Below are positions 45,122 to 55,844 of a stretch of 64,000 bases of DNA, one piece after another (position 1 is the stretch's first letter; each line of letters starts with the position of its first letter). This stretch comes from an uncultured Eubacteriales bacterium (GTDB lineage Bacteria > Bacillota > Clostridia > Christensenellales > CAG-314), in assembly GCA_900544545.1 (NCBI GenBank), contig UQVY01000001.1, positions 26,975 to 90,974 on the forward strand. The letters are read 5' to 3'. The notes below the pieces were generated by a model, which had not been told where the DNA came from, did no database searches, and saw only the letters and a list, made by a program, of their open reading frames with translations. Position numbers and translations under genes: made by a program.

Positions 45122-47749
45122 ATGACGAAATTTGTGTATCTTTTCAATGAAGGAAACGGCAAAATGCGCGAACTTCTCGGCGGTAAAGGAGCTAACCTCG
45201 CCGAAATGAAAAACCTGGGTCTTCCCGTACCCGACGGTTTTACCGTAACTACCGAAGCTTGCACTCAGTATTACGAAGACGGCAAAACCATTTCTGACGA
45301 AATCCAGAAGCAAATCTACGACGCTCTTGCGATTACCGAAGAAAAGCTCGGTAAGAAGCTCGGCGACGTTAAGAATCCTTTGCTCGTATCCGTAAGAAGC
45401 GGCGCGAGAGCCTCCATGCCCGGTATGATGGACACCATCCTCAACCTCGGTCTTAACGACGAAACGGTGGAAGGCCTTGCAGAACTTACGAATAATCCCA
45501 GATTTGCTTACGACAGCTACAGAAGATTCATTCAGATGTTCTCCGACGTAGTTATGGAAGTTGAAAAGTCCAACTTTGAACGTATCATCGATCAGCTCAA
45601 AGCCGAAAAGGGCGTTAAACTCGACACAGAGCTCGACGCAGACGACCTTAAAAGACTCGTTAAAGAGTTCAAGGCTTTCTATAAGAAGTCCAAGAACGAA
45701 GATTTCCCGCAGGATCCGAAGGTTCAGCTTATGGAAGCGGTCAAGGCCGTATTCAGATCCTGGGATAACCCCAGAGCTATCTATTACAGAAGAATGAACG
45801 ATATCCCCTCCAGTTGGGGTACAGCCGTTAACGTACAGTCTATGGTATTCGGCAATATGGGCGAAACCTCCGGAACGGGCGTTGCTTTCACGAGGAACCC
45901 CTCCACCGGCGAAAAGACCATCTACGGCGAATATCTTATGAACGCTCAGGGCGAAGACGTCGTTGCGGGTATCAGAACGCCTTTCCCCATCAGCCATCTC
46001 GAAGAACAGAATCCCGAAGTTTTCGCTCAGTTCACGAAGATCTGCAAGACTCTCGAAGACCATTACCGCGATATGCAGGATATGGAATTTACCATCGAAA
46101 ACGGCAAGCTCTATATGCTTCAGACGAGAAACGGCAAGAGAACCGCGGTAGCCGCTCTTAAAATCGCTATCGACCTCGTTAAAGAGGGTATGATCGACGA
46201 AAAAGAAGCTGTTCTGAGAATCGATCCGAAACAGCTCGACGCTCTTCTTCATCCGCAGTTCAATGCCAAGGAGCTTAAAGAATCCAAGGCTGCCGCAACA
46301 GGTCTTCCCGCAAGTCCGGGAGCTGCGTGCGGCCATTGCTATCTCACCGCCGCCAAGGCTGCCGAAATGCACGCTCAGGGCGAGAAGGTTATCATCGTCA
46401 GGCTCGAAACCAGCCCCGAAGATATCGAGGGTATGGCTGTTTCCGAGGGCGTTCTTACGGCAAGAGGCGGTATGACTTCTCACGCCGCGGTAGTTGCGAG
46501 AGGTATGGGTACCTGCTGCGTAGCCGGCTGCGCCGACCTTCAGGTATTCGAAGAAGAAGGTTACTTCATTCTTGCGGGCAAGACCTATCACGAAGGCGAC
46601 GTTATCGCTCTCGACGGAAGCACCGGTAACATTTACGGTCACGCCATAGCTACTCAGCCCGCCGAAATCACCGGCGACTTCGAAACCATTATGGCTTGGG
46701 CGGACAAATACAGAACTCTTAAAGTCAGAACCAACGCGGATACTCCGAAGGACGCTAAACAGGCGGTAGCTTTCGGCGCGCAGGGTATCGGTCTTTGCAG
46801 AACCGAGCATATGTTCTTCGACAAAGACAGAATCATGGCTATGCGCGAAATGATCGTTTCGCAGACCGTCGAAGAAAGAAAGGCTGCTCTCAATAAGCTC
46901 CTTCCCATGCAGAGAAGCGACTTCGAAGGCATCTACAGAGCAATGGGCGAAAGACCCGTTACCATCAGATTCCTCGATCCGCCGCTCCACGAATTCCTTC
47001 CTCATACCGCCGAAGAAATCGAAGTTATCTCCAAGGAAATGAATATTTCCGTCGAAAGACTTACCCAGACGGTTAAGGATCTTCACGAATTCAACCCGAT
47101 GATGGGACACAGAGGCTGCAGACTTTCCATTACCTATCCTGAAATCGCGGAAATGCAGACCAGAGCCGTTATGGAAGCGGCTATCAACGTAAGACTTTCC
47201 GACGGTCTTAATATCGTTCCCGAAATAATGATTCCTCTCGTAGGCGAAGTCGAAGAGCTTAAATACGTTAAGAAATTCGTAGACGATACGGCTAAGAAAG
47301 TTATGGAAGAAAAGGGCGTTGAGATTCCTTATATGGTAGGAACGATGATCGAAATTCCGAGAGCCGCTCTTACCGCGGACGAAATCGCGGGCGTTGCGGA
47401 ATTCTTCAGCTTCGGAACCAACGATCTCACGCAGATGACCTTCGGATTCTCCCGTGACGACGCAGGAAAGTTCCTTAACGATTATTACAAGAAGAAGATT
47501 TTCGAAAGCGATCCGTTTGCGAGACTCGATCAGAAGGGCGTAGGCAAACTCGTCAGAATGGCTGCCGAACTCGGAAGAAAGACCAGACCCGAAATCAAAC
47601 TCGGTATCTGCGGCGAACACGGCGGCGATCCCAGCAGCGTTGAGTTCTGCCACATCGTAGGTTTGAACTACGTCAGCTGTTCTCCGTTCAGAGTTCCCAT
47701 CGCAAGACTTGCGGCGGCTCAGGCAGCGATAAATCATCCCAAGAACTAA
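45122..47749 (+). CDS. ppdK: Pyruvate, phosphate dikinase
   Basis: 875 aa. N-terminal LLGGKGANLAEM is the ATP-grasp motif, the central region has the phospho-His motif TSHAAVVARGMG, and the C-terminus is a PEP-utilizing TIM barrel. Confidence 0.95.
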   Translation: MTKFVYLFNEGNGKMRELLGGKGANLAEMKNLGLPVPDGFTVTTEACTQYYEDGKTISDEIQKQIYDALAITEEKLGKKLGDVKNPLLVSVRSGARASMPGMMDTILNLGLNDETVEGLAELTNNPRFAYDSYRRFIQMFSDVVMEVEKSNFERIIDQLKAEKGVKLDTELDADDLKRLVKEFKAFYKKSKNEDFPQDPKVQLMEAVKAVFRSWDNPRAIYYRRMNDIPSSWGTAVNVQSMVFGNMGETSGTGVAFTRNPSTGEKTIYGEYLMNAQGEDVVAGIRTPFPISHLEEQNPEVFAQFTKICKTLEDHYRDMQDMEFTIENGKLYMLQTRNGKRTAVAALKIAIDLVKEGMIDEKEAVLRIDPKQLDALLHPQFNAKELKESKAAATGLPASPGAACGHCYLTAAKAAEMHAQGEKVIIVRLETSPEDIEGMAVSEGVLTARGGMTSHAAVVARGMGTCCVAGCADLQVFEEEGYFILAGKTYHEGDVIALDGSTGNIYGHAIATQPAEITGDFETIMAWADKYRTLKVRTNADTPKDAKQAVAFGAQGIGLCRTEHMFFDKDRIMAMREMIVSQTVEERKAALNKLLPMQRSDFEGIYRAMGERPVTIRFLDPPLHEFLPHTAEEIEVISKEMNISVERLTQTVKDLHEFNPMMGHRGCRLSITYPEIAEMQTRAVMEAAINVRLSDGLNIVPEIMIPLVGEVEELKYVKKFVDDTAKKVMEEKGVEIPYMVGTMIEIPRAALTADEIAGVAEFFSFGTNDLTQMTFGFSRDDAGKFLNDYYKKKIFESDPFARLDQKGVGKLVRMAAELGRKTRPEIKLGICGEHGGDPSSVEFCHIVGLNYVSCSPFRVPIARLAAAQAAINHPKN

Positions 47750-47760
47750 AAATTCGAACG

Positions 47761-47791
47761 AAAGGGATTCCTCAGGGGATCCCTTTTTGAT
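47761..47791 (+). terminator. Rho-independent terminator after ppdK
   Basis: AAAGGGAT-tcctcagg-ATCCCTTT hairpin followed by TTTTT. Confidence 0.7.
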
Positions 47792-47813
47792 AAATTGACG
47801 CAAAAAAGATAAA

Positions 47814-48494
47814 ATGGAACTGTATTACGAAGAGAAAGGGAAGGGAACGCCGCTCGTTTTGCTTCACGGGAACGGCGAGAATCACGAATATTTCAGGCAT
47901 CAGATCGATTGTTTTTCCGAGGATTTTCGTGTAATCGCTCCCGATACCCGCGGACACGGACTTTCCCCGAGAGGAGACGGCGAGTTTTCGATAAAGAGAT
48001 TTTCCGAGGATTTGCTGGGATTTTTAGATGAACTGCGCGTTGAAAAGGCGAATATTCTCGGTTTTTCGGACGGCGGGAACATCGCTCTGAGATTTGCTCT
48101 GGATCATCCCGAAAGGGTTCTGAAGCTCGTTCTGAACGGTGCGAATCTTTTTCCCGAAGGCGTAAAGCGTTCCACGCAGATTCCAATAGAGCTTGCCTAC
48201 AAGGCGGTTAAAAAGCTTGCGGAAAAGGACGAAAAAGCCCGCGGTAAAGCCGAAATTCTCGGACTTATGGTCAACGAGCCGCACGTTTCTCCCGAGGAAC
48301 TCAAAGCTCTCGATATGCCGGTGCTCGTCATCGTCGGCAGTCGCGATATGATACTGAAAAAGCACTCGGAGTTAATTGCGAAAAGCATTCGTAAATCTGA
48401 GTTTGTCGTAATTAAAGGCGACCATTTTATCGCGGACAAAAAGCCTCTTGAATTCAACGAGGCTGTGAGTTCGTTTTTGAAAAAGAACGATTAA
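47814..48494 (+). CDS. Alpha/beta hydrolase fold protein
   Basis: LVLLHGNGENHEYF and nucleophile elbow GFSDGG. Confidence 0.75.
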   Translation: MELYYEEKGKGTPLVLLHGNGENHEYFRHQIDCFSEDFRVIAPDTRGHGLSPRGDGEFSIKRFSEDLLGFLDELRVEKANILGFSDGGNIALRFALDHPERVLKLVLNGANLFPEGVKRSTQIPIELAYKAVKKLAEKDEKARGKAEILGLMVNEPHVSPEELKALDMPVLVIVGSRDMILKKHSELIAKSIRKSEFVVIKGDHFIADKKPLEFNEAVSSFLKKND

Positions 48495-48525
48495 AGTTAA
48501 AAAATATGAATATAAGGAGGATAAT

Positions 48526-49047
48526 ATGAAAGAAACTCTTATTGATTTAAAGGAAAGAAGAAGCTGTAGGAAATATCTTCCTCAGCAGATAACCGACGAG
48601 CAACTCAACGCTATACTCGAAGCGGGAACTTACGCGCCTACGGGTATGGGAAAACAGTCGCCGGTCATAGTCGTTTTGCAGAAGCCCGAGCTTATCTCCG
48701 AAGTCGCAAAGATGAACGCTGCGGTTATGGGCAGAGACGACAATCCGTTTTACGGCGCGCCGACCGTGCTTATCGTGCTTGCGGATCCTTCGGCAAGGAC
48801 TTATCTTTACGACGGAGCTTTGGTTATGGGAAATCTTCTTAATGCCGCGCACGCCGTAGGCGTCGATTCGTGCTATGTTTTCCGCGCGAAAGAGGTCTTT
48901 GAAACCGAAGGGGGAAAGGCTCTTTTGAGAAAGTGGGGCGTTCCCGACAACTACGAGGGAATAGGAAACTGCATTCTCGGTTACGGCGCTCCGGACGGAA
49001 AACGCGAGGCTGCTCCGAGAAAATCCGACTATATCGTAAGGACTTAA
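48526..49047 (+). CDS. Nitroreductase family protein
   Basis: RRSCRKYLPQQITDEQLNAILEAGTYAPTGMGKQSPVIVV is the classic nitroreductase N-terminus; TAAGGAGG RBS. Confidence 0.8.
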   Translation: MKETLIDLKERRSCRKYLPQQITDEQLNAILEAGTYAPTGMGKQSPVIVVLQKPELISEVAKMNAAVMGRDDNPFYGAPTVLIVLADPSARTYLYDGALVMGNLLNAAHAVGVDSCYVFRAKEVFETEGGKALLRKWGVPDNYEGIGNCILGYGAPDGKREAAPRKSDYIVRT

Positions 49048-49169
49048 AGAAGTTTTCGATTCGGGTTCGGATATCGCGATTCCGTAAAGTGCATTTTAGA
49101 ATTCACAACCAAAATCAAAAAAAGCAGGTCGGAAGATCTGCTTTTTGTTTTTAGAAATAATCGATACTT

Positions 49170-50420
49170 TCAGGTTTCTTCTTCGGCTTCTTCCTCTTCG
49201 GCGAGAGAAATCGCTTCTTCTATCGCGAGATTGACTTTCGCAAGAAGCTCGGGTTTGTCCGAGATAAAACGATAACAGTTTTTGTCCGACATAAATTCGA
49301 TATACTCGCCCGGCATAAACTGAAGGTTGAAATGCTCGGCGTTGCGGAAGGTAAGGCGAACGGTTTTCCCGTCCATAGAGCCTTCGTAAACGAAAGACTG
49401 ACTTTTGTGCGTGAATCTTCCGTTTCCGGCGTCGTGATAGCCTTCGTCCGTTCCGATAACGAGTTTGCAATTTCCGGAAAGGTCGTACTCGTCGTTTTCG
49501 ACTTCGTTCCGAACGAGGCGTCTTTGCATATAATTCCAAGCAGGCACGCTCGGAATGGATGTCGTTCCGTTGTCTTCCATAAGCACGCCGTATCTTCCCA
49601 TAACCCATTTCGTGCCGCAATTCGTGCAGGAAACGGTATCTTTAGCCGTTTTCAGAGTGAATTCGCTCTGACATCTCGGACAGCGGAAAAGAATGTTTTC
49701 GAGACCTTCCGCGGTGTTTTTGTTGGAGAGAATGATTTTGCGTTCTCTCTGAAACTCGAATTCGTCGTAAGAAGTCGCTTCGGCTACGGCGTGGAGAACT
49801 TCTTCTTCGCTCATATACTTGATTTCGTCGGAAGTAAAGAGGTTCGAAAGCACTGCGGTCGCGCCCGAGCAGCCTATCGTTTTTTGCGAGAAAGACGGAC
49901 GGTTGAGGTAGGAGCCGTTGATTGTGAGTACGCAAACGGGAATTCGCAGAGTTTTGATAAGTTTGGCTACTGAAGGATTGATATAGGTCGGAGTTCCGTC
50001 GACAGAAACCTTCTGTTCCGCAAAAAGAGCGACCGAGCCGTTAGCCGCGACGACTTTCTGGATTTTACCGATGGTTTCGTCGTCGAAAACGTTGCGCTTG
50101 AGCGGAATAACGCCCATATATCCCGTAATGACCGAATTCGAAGAAACGTCCTCGGGATTTACGATGAAGTTGAATTTCTGCGGAAACATAACCGCTGCGG
50201 CGATTTTGATATTATCTTTCGAGCTGTGATTTACAAGCAGCAAAAAAGGAGGCTTGACTTTTTCAAAGCCCTCCTTGTCGATCTTCAATCTGAGTTTAGC
50301 AAGAAGAGGCTTTCCCGAAGCAAACACGTATGACGAATAAAAGATTTCGCTTGGTAAAACTACTTTGTCCGTTGAAGTTTTCATACTGATTATTATATCA
50401 AATACTATAATAAAAATCAA
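49170..50420 (-). CDS. PlsC-type acyltransferase with C-terminal zinc-ribbon extension
   Basis: LLLVNHSSKDNI is the HxxxxD acyltransferase motif. The extension carries CPRCQSEF...SCTNCGTKW. The true start may be the internal Met (MKTSTDKV, ~50384). Confidence 0.65.
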   Translation of the reverse strand: MIFIIVFDIIISMKTSTDKVVLPSEIFYSSYVFASGKPLLAKLRLKIDKEGFEKVKPPFLLLVNHSSKDNIKIAAAVMFPQKFNFIVNPEDVSSNSVITGYMGVIPLKRNVFDDETIGKIQKVVAANGSVALFAEQKVSVDGTPTYINPSVAKLIKTLRIPVCVLTINGSYLNRPSFSQKTIGCSGATAVLSNLFTSDEIKYMSEEEVLHAVAEATSYDEFEFQRERKIILSNKNTAEGLENILFRCPRCQSEFTLKTAKDTVSCTNCGTKWVMGRYGVLMEDNGTTSIPSVPAWNYMQRRLVRNEVENDEYDLSGNCKLVIGTDEGYHDAGNGRFTHKSQSFVYEGSMDGKTVRLTFRNAEHFNLQFMPGEYIEFMSDKNCYRFISDKPELLAKVNLAIEEAISLAEEEEAEEET

Positions 50421-50547
50421 GGCAAATTAAAGCTTTTCCGGCTTTTTCGTTTTAAAAAAAAGGTCTTTTCCGTAAAAAACTTAATTAAAACGTAAAAAAG
50501 AGTTTTTGAGCCGACAAAAAACGAAAGAAATATTTCGGGCGGGATTG

Positions 50548-50576
50548 TTGACAAAAACGAGCAAAAGTGTTAGAAT
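50548..50576 (+). promoter_or_regulatory. Sigma-70 type promoter (TTGACA-17-TAGAAT)
   Basis: TTGACA at 50548-50553, 17-nt spacer, TAGAAT at 50571-50576; upstream of the transporter gene. Confidence 0.6.
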
Positions 50577-50649
50577 CCACGACTGTGGCGTGTTGCGGAA
50601 AAAGACGCGCATACGCGGAAAATAACGGTTGACGAGAGCGGAGCGGAAG

Positions 50650-51792
50650 ATGAATAACGACGAAAAGCCCGTAAAAAACGCGGGGAACGCTTTTTTTGCG
50701 TTCATAAAAAAGAATCTTATGGCGGTTATTGCGTGGATTTTGGCTGCGGTTACGATGATTCTTGTGCCTCCCGACGGAGAATACGCAGATTATTTCGATA
50801 TGAAAACGCTGGTATGCCTTTTCACGATAATGCTTTGCGTTGCGGCTTTCAAGGACCTCGATATTTTCTCTCTTCTTGCGGTAAAGCTCATAAAAAAGCT
50901 TAAAAACACGAGGTCGCTTACCTTCGCGTTGGTTTTTATTACCTATTTTGCTTCCATTCTTATAGCAAACGACATAGCTCTTCTGACCTTTTTGCCTCTC
51001 ACGATAGCGGTTTTCAGAGGCTGCGGAAAGAGAGAATACGTTGCGGCTACGGTGATTTTGCAGACGATAGGCGCAAATCTCGGCGGAATGATAATGCCCT
51101 TCGGGAATCCTCAGTCGCTTTATATTTTCAGCGCGTACTCGCTTACCGTCGTGGAGTTCGTTTCGGTTATGGCGTTTCCGTTTGCGCTTTCGCTCGTAAC
51201 AATCGTAATAGGTTGTTTTCTGACGCGGAAAGAGCCTGCGGAGGTACTCGTTGACGAAAAAAGAGAGATTCCCGCGTGGAGACCGATAGTTTATTCCGTG
51301 TTTTTTGTCCTTTCGTTACTCAGCGTTTTCGACGTTATCGACAAATATATAATTCTTGCGGCGGTTGCGGTCGGAATGCTTTTTATCGACAGGAAAGCGT
51401 TTATAGGCGCGGATTACGGATTGCTTCTGACGTTCGTGGCTTTCTTTATTTTTGCGAACAATATGGCCCGGATTCCCGCGGTTTACGGTTTCGTTTCCGA
51501 GATAACCGAAAAAAACGCGCTTCTTGCGGCTGTTTTGGGTTGTCAGATAATGAGTAACGTCCCGACGGGCATATTCCTTTCCAAATTCACTTCCGATTGG
51601 CAGATGCTTCTCGTCGGTACGAATATCGGCGGAGTAGGTTCTCCCGTGTCGTCGCTTGCAAGTCTTATAACGCTTAAAACTTACGTAAGGGAGTTCCACG
51701 GGCAGGGTGGAAAATATATGAAGAGATGCCTTGCGTATAACTTTACGGTGCTTTTGATTTTAACCGTCGCCTGCTGTTTCTTTTTCCGCTGA
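50650..51792 (+). CDS. Polytopic membrane transporter (ArsB/NhaD-like anion permease superfamily)
   Basis: About 10-12 hydrophobic helices. GGAG RBS before the ATG at 50650; the tool ORF begins at TTG 50629. Confidence 0.55.
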   Translation: MNNDEKPVKNAGNAFFAFIKKNLMAVIAWILAAVTMILVPPDGEYADYFDMKTLVCLFTIMLCVAAFKDLDIFSLLAVKLIKKLKNTRSLTFALVFITYFASILIANDIALLTFLPLTIAVFRGCGKREYVAATVILQTIGANLGGMIMPFGNPQSLYIFSAYSLTVVEFVSVMAFPFALSLVTIVIGCFLTRKEPAEVLVDEKREIPAWRPIVYSVFFVLSLLSVFDVIDKYIILAAVAVGMLFIDRKAFIGADYGLLLTFVAFFIFANNMARIPAVYGFVSEITEKNALLAAVLGCQIMSNVPTGIFLSKFTSDWQMLLVGTNIGGVGSPVSSLASLITLKTYVREFHGQGGKYMKRCLAYNFTVLLILTVACCFFFR

Positions 51793-51910
51793 ATAAAGGC
51801 GACTATCTTTTTCCGTATGCGAAAAATCGGAACGAAAAAAACGAGTCTTTCAAAAACGGAAACGCTGATTTTGAAAAACCCGTATTTCGTGCGTTATTTC
51901 GGAAAGTCGG

Positions 51911-53635
51911 TTATTTTACGAGAAGCTCCTTATGCTCGTTGGGGAAAACGACGGCGGTTTTCTGATTCGTGTAATTCACGAAACCTACCGCGGCTTTCGA
52001 AGGCTTTTTAACGAATCGTTTTTCCGTGTAATCCACGGGAGTTTTTCCCGAATTTCTTGCTTCCGAGTAAAAAGCCGTGATTTCAGCCGCTTTTTCGATA
52101 ACTTCGTCGGGGACTTTTTTCCCTTCGGTTACTATTATGACGTGAGAGGAATGGATATCCTTCGTATGCAGCCACAAGTCGTCCGGTCTTGCGAGTTTGT
52201 TCGTGACGAAATCGTTCTGAACGTTGTTTTTCCCCGCATAAATCGTAAAACCGTCCGTTTCGTAACGAAGAGGAACGGGGACGGAGGAGTTCCTTTGCTT
52301 TTTTATCGTACCTTTGAGGTTATCTCCGCGCTGATTTCCGCGTATAAGACCGTTTGCGACGAGTTCCGAATAGATTTCTTCGAGGTCGGCGAAGGTTACC
52401 GAATATTTCAGGGATTCCTGGACCGAAACGAGATAGCGGAGGGTTTCGCAGTTTTCTTCGAGAAGTTTTTCGGTATATTCGGCGGTTTTTCTGAGTTTAA
52501 GTGCTTTTTTGAAGAAAGCTTCGGCGTTGGCCTGAGGAGTTTTGTTTTCGTCGAGAGGAATGACGACGATTTCGTTATCGCCGTAGAAATTTTCGACTTC
52601 GGCGGATTTCATTCCCTTTTTGAGGCGATAAATATTTGCGAGAATCAGATTCCCTTCGTCGCTGAATTTCTTATGGTTTTCCGATTCGACGAGGGCTTCG
52701 GTCTGCGCGGCAATTTTCTTTTCCGTACGCGATTTTGCGTTTTTGACGACGGTAGAGATATGTTTTGCTTTTTCCCTGAAACGCTGACGGGCGTTTTTCT
52801 CCGTAAAATAATAGTCGAAGGCTTCGTTGAGCGTATCGAAAAACACCGGCGTGCCGCGTTTGCTGCGGTAAACCGTCGGGAAAACGTCGAGAATATCGCC
52901 GTTGGCTTCGAGGACGTTAGGGGAAGGATTTTCGAGAGACCGCATAAAAGCCGAAAATCGTCCGGTTATCTCTTCTGAAAGAGAATCGGCGGATTCTGTT
53001 TTATCGAGTCCGTAAAGAATCTCTCCGAGGGTATCCCGGCTCATTCCGAGGACGCCGTTTTCGAGGGCGAAAAAGGGATTCTCGGAATTGGTGATAAGAG
53101 CTTTAAGTCCCGCAATATCGTCGGGCGCGACCTTATCTCTCGGCGCGAAAAAGCCGTATTTCGTCCCCGGGAAAAACTGGCGTTCCTTTTCCGTGTCGAG
53201 AGAAACCTTCCGTATGGTATCGAATATGACGTAATCTCCGTCGGTGAGAACGATATTCGAAGTCTTTCCAGTGAGTTCGATGACGAGATGACGCTCGTAA
53301 GGATAACCGAGTTCGTTGGTTCCCGTTAAGGAAATATCGGCTACTCTTTCGAAAGGTACGCCGGAAACTCCCGTTATCGTCGCGCCGGAAAGATGCTTGC
53401 GGAGAAGCATACAGAACGACGGAGCGGCGGCGGGAGACGGATACGAAGAAGCCGTAAGGTGCATACGACAGACCGTAGGGTTCGAGCAGAGCGTAAGTCT
53501 GTACGTTTTTCCCGTATAAATCGTGAGTTGGATTTCGTCGCGTTCGGGCTGAACGATTCTGTTGACTTTGCCTCCCGAAAGAAGCCGATTGAGTTCCCGT
53601 ATTATTATGCCGTAGCTTATAGCGTCGATTGCCAT
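51911..53635 (-). CDS. rqcH: Ribosome quality-control factor RqcH (NFACT family; fibronectin-binding protein A homolog)
   Basis: MAIDAISYGIIIRELNRLLSGGKVNRIVQPERDEIQLTIYT matches the FbpA/NFACT N-terminus; ~574 aa. Confidence 0.8.
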   Translation of the reverse strand: MAIDAISYGIIIRELNRLLSGGKVNRIVQPERDEIQLTIYTGKTYRLTLCSNPTVCRMHLTASSYPSPAAAPSFCMLLRKHLSGATITGVSGVPFERVADISLTGTNELGYPYERHLVIELTGKTSNIVLTDGDYVIFDTIRKVSLDTEKERQFFPGTKYGFFAPRDKVAPDDIAGLKALITNSENPFFALENGVLGMSRDTLGEILYGLDKTESADSLSEEITGRFSAFMRSLENPSPNVLEANGDILDVFPTVYRSKRGTPVFFDTLNEAFDYYFTEKNARQRFREKAKHISTVVKNAKSRTEKKIAAQTEALVESENHKKFSDEGNLILANIYRLKKGMKSAEVENFYGDNEIVVIPLDENKTPQANAEAFFKKALKLRKTAEYTEKLLEENCETLRYLVSVQESLKYSVTFADLEEIYSELVANGLIRGNQRGDNLKGTIKKQRNSSVPVPLRYETDGFTIYAGKNNVQNDFVTNKLARPDDLWLHTKDIHSSHVIIVTEGKKVPDEVIEKAAEITAFYSEARNSGKTPVDYTEKRFVKKPSKAAVGFVNYTNQKTAVVFPNEHKELLVK

Positions 53636-53772
53636 TTTTACCTCGCAGAGAGAGTTTTGCTCAAAACATTATACACTATTTTGCCTTAGATGACAAGAAA
53701 ATGTTTGCCAATCCGAAATATTTGTGATATAATCAACTTCTGTGAACTACGTTCTAATTCAGGAGGATCAAT

Positions 53773-55113
53773 ATGACTTATACGATCGAAAAGAAAGAAG
53801 TTTCTGTAGAGGTAACTTTAAACATAACGGCGGAAGAATGGGCTAAGCATTGCGACGAAGCCTTTAACAAAAACAAGGGTAAGTATTCCGTTCCCGGATT
53901 CAGAAAGGGACACGTTCCCCGCAGGATTCTCGAGAATATGTACGGAAAAGAATTCCTTTACGACGAAGCTCTTGACCTTTGCTTCGGAAATTATTACGGA
54001 GAGGCTCTCGACAGCGATAAATCCGTAGAAGTTCTCTCTTATCCTACCCTTAACGAATTCAACGTTCAGGAAGACGGAAGCGTAGTAGTTAAAGCGGAAG
54101 CTCCCGTCAAGCCCGAAGTTAAACTCGGCGCGTATACCGGACTCGAAATCGTTAAGACCGACGCGACCGTTACCGAAGAAGAGGTCGAAGCCGAGCTTAA
54201 GAGAACTCTCGACAAATATGCGGGAATGGTCAATATCGAAGACAGACCTGTCGAAGACGGAGATACCGTTACCATCGATTACAGCGGAAGCGTGGACGGA
54301 GTCGCGTTCGAAGGCGGCACTGCCGAAAATCAGAAGCTCGTCATCGGCTCCAATACTTTCATTCCCGGGTTCGAACCTCAGCTTATCGGAATGAACGTAG
54401 GCGAAGAGAAGGACATCAACGTTAAATTCCCCGAGGAATATCACGCCGAAGAGCTTAAAGGCAAGGACAGCGTTTTCCACATTAAACTTCATAAAATAGA
54501 AAAGAAAGAAGTTCCCGAGCTTACGGACGAATTTGCCGCGGATATTTCCGAATTCGATTCCAAGGAAGCCTATATCGACGATATCAGAAAGAGAATGACC
54601 GAGAATAAGCAGAAGAGAGCCGAAACTCTCGATGAAAACAAGCTCGTGGATCTTATTACGGCAAATGCGGAAGTCCCCGAATCCAGATTCCTCATCGAAA
54701 GAGAAATGGATTATTATCTCGGCGATTTCGAAAGAATGCTCAACGGTCAGGGTATAACTATGGATCAGTATGCCAAGTATACTAACCAGACGAAAGAGCA
54801 GATCAGAGAAACCAACAGAGAAAGAGCCGTTATCGAAGTAAAGACTCAGCTCGTCATCGACGCCGTTATCGAAAAAGAAAATCTTACGGCTACCGAAGAG
54901 CAGAAGCAGGCTATGCTTGAAAGTCACGCGAAGGAAGCGGGTAAGGACGTCGAAGCTTATAAAGCCGAGCTTCCTGCGGAAGCTACGGGTTATATCGCTC
55001 GTCAGGCGACCGTCAAGAATTTCTTCGATTTCGTCAAGAGCCACAACAGCTTCGTTGAAGGCAAGGAAGAAGTCGCTGCCGAAACCGCGGAACAGGCAAA
55101 GGACGCCGAGTAG
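53773..55113 (+). CDS. tig: Trigger factor
   Basis: PGFRKGHVPRRILE N-domain motif plus PPIase and C-terminal domains; AGGAGG RBS. Confidence 0.9.
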   Translation: MTYTIEKKEVSVEVTLNITAEEWAKHCDEAFNKNKGKYSVPGFRKGHVPRRILENMYGKEFLYDEALDLCFGNYYGEALDSDKSVEVLSYPTLNEFNVQEDGSVVVKAEAPVKPEVKLGAYTGLEIVKTDATVTEEEVEAELKRTLDKYAGMVNIEDRPVEDGDTVTIDYSGSVDGVAFEGGTAENQKLVIGSNTFIPGFEPQLIGMNVGEEKDINVKFPEEYHAEELKGKDSVFHIKLHKIEKKEVPELTDEFAADISEFDSKEAYIDDIRKRMTENKQKRAETLDENKLVDLITANAEVPESRFLIEREMDYYLGDFERMLNGQGITMDQYAKYTNQTKEQIRETNRERAVIEVKTQLVIDAVIEKENLTATEEQKQAMLESHAKEAGKDVEAYKAELPAEATGYIARQATVKNFFDFVKSHNSFVEGKEEVAAETAEQAKDAE

Positions 55114-55281
55114 TTTTCGGGCGGACTTTTACTCAGGATAAAACATCGGGTATAGGGCGTCCTTGGGCGTCCTATACTAATAAATAAATATTTTTACGAA
55201 AGTTAACGAAAAGTACGTTTTAGCGCGTATAATAACAGACAGACGCTACGCCGTGGATTATACGGCACGGGAGGAATTCAG

Positions 55282-55833
55282 GTGGCATACGAACAAACCG
55301 ATATCAGAACCCTGATGCTGGACGACAGGATTATTATCCTCAACGGGGAGATTAACGAGTACGTGGCTAACGATATAGTTACCAAGCTCCTTTATCTCAA
55401 CAACAAAGACAGCACGAGCGATATTTTTATGTATATCAACAGCCCCGGAGGAACGGTTTCCGACGGATTGGCTATTTTCGACACTATGAACCACGTTAAA
55501 TGCGACGTTTCCACTATCTGCATAGGAATGGCCTGCAGTATGGGGGCGTTTCTGCTTGCCGGAGGAACGAAGGGTAAGAGATATTCCCTTCCCAACAGCA
55601 GCATAATGATACATCAGCCGCTCGGAGGCGCGAGCGGTCAGGCAAGCGACGTAGCTATCGTGGCGAAACAGATTCTCAAAACCAAAGAAAAGCTTAACCG
55701 TATTCTTTCGGAGAAATGCGGTCAGCCTATCGAAAAGGTTTCGGTCGATACGGACAGAGATTTCTATATGACTCCGGAGGAGGCTTTGGAATACGGTCTT
55801 ATCGACAAGGTTCTTTATCCCGAAGAAAAGTAA
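55282..55833 (+). CDS. clpP: ATP-dependent Clp protease proteolytic subunit ClpP (GTG start)
   Basis: [25 protein letters not shown], the catalytic Ser context [14 protein letters not shown] and a later IHQPLGG. GGGAGGA RBS. Confidence 0.9.
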   Translation: MAYEQTDIRTLMLDDRIIILNGEINEYVANDIVTKLLYLNNKDSTSDIFMYINSPGGTVSDGLAIFDTMNHVKCDVSTICIGMACSMGAFLLAGGTKGKRYSLPNSSIMIHQPLGGASGQASDVAIVAKQILKTKEKLNRILSEKCGQPIEKVSVDTDRDFYMTPEEALEYGLIDKVLYPEEK

Positions 55834-55844
55834 GGAGGAGAGAT

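Noticed and set aside
44846-47803. 985-aa minus-strand ORF
   Set aside because: It is antisense to ppdK, which is recognizable over its whole length. This is a long shadow ORF typical of GC-rich third-codon positions.
55114-55200. Possible terminator hairpin after tig (TATAGG...CCTATA)
   Set aside because: The stem is short with a 15-nt loop and no convincing U-tract, so the support is too weak to annotate.
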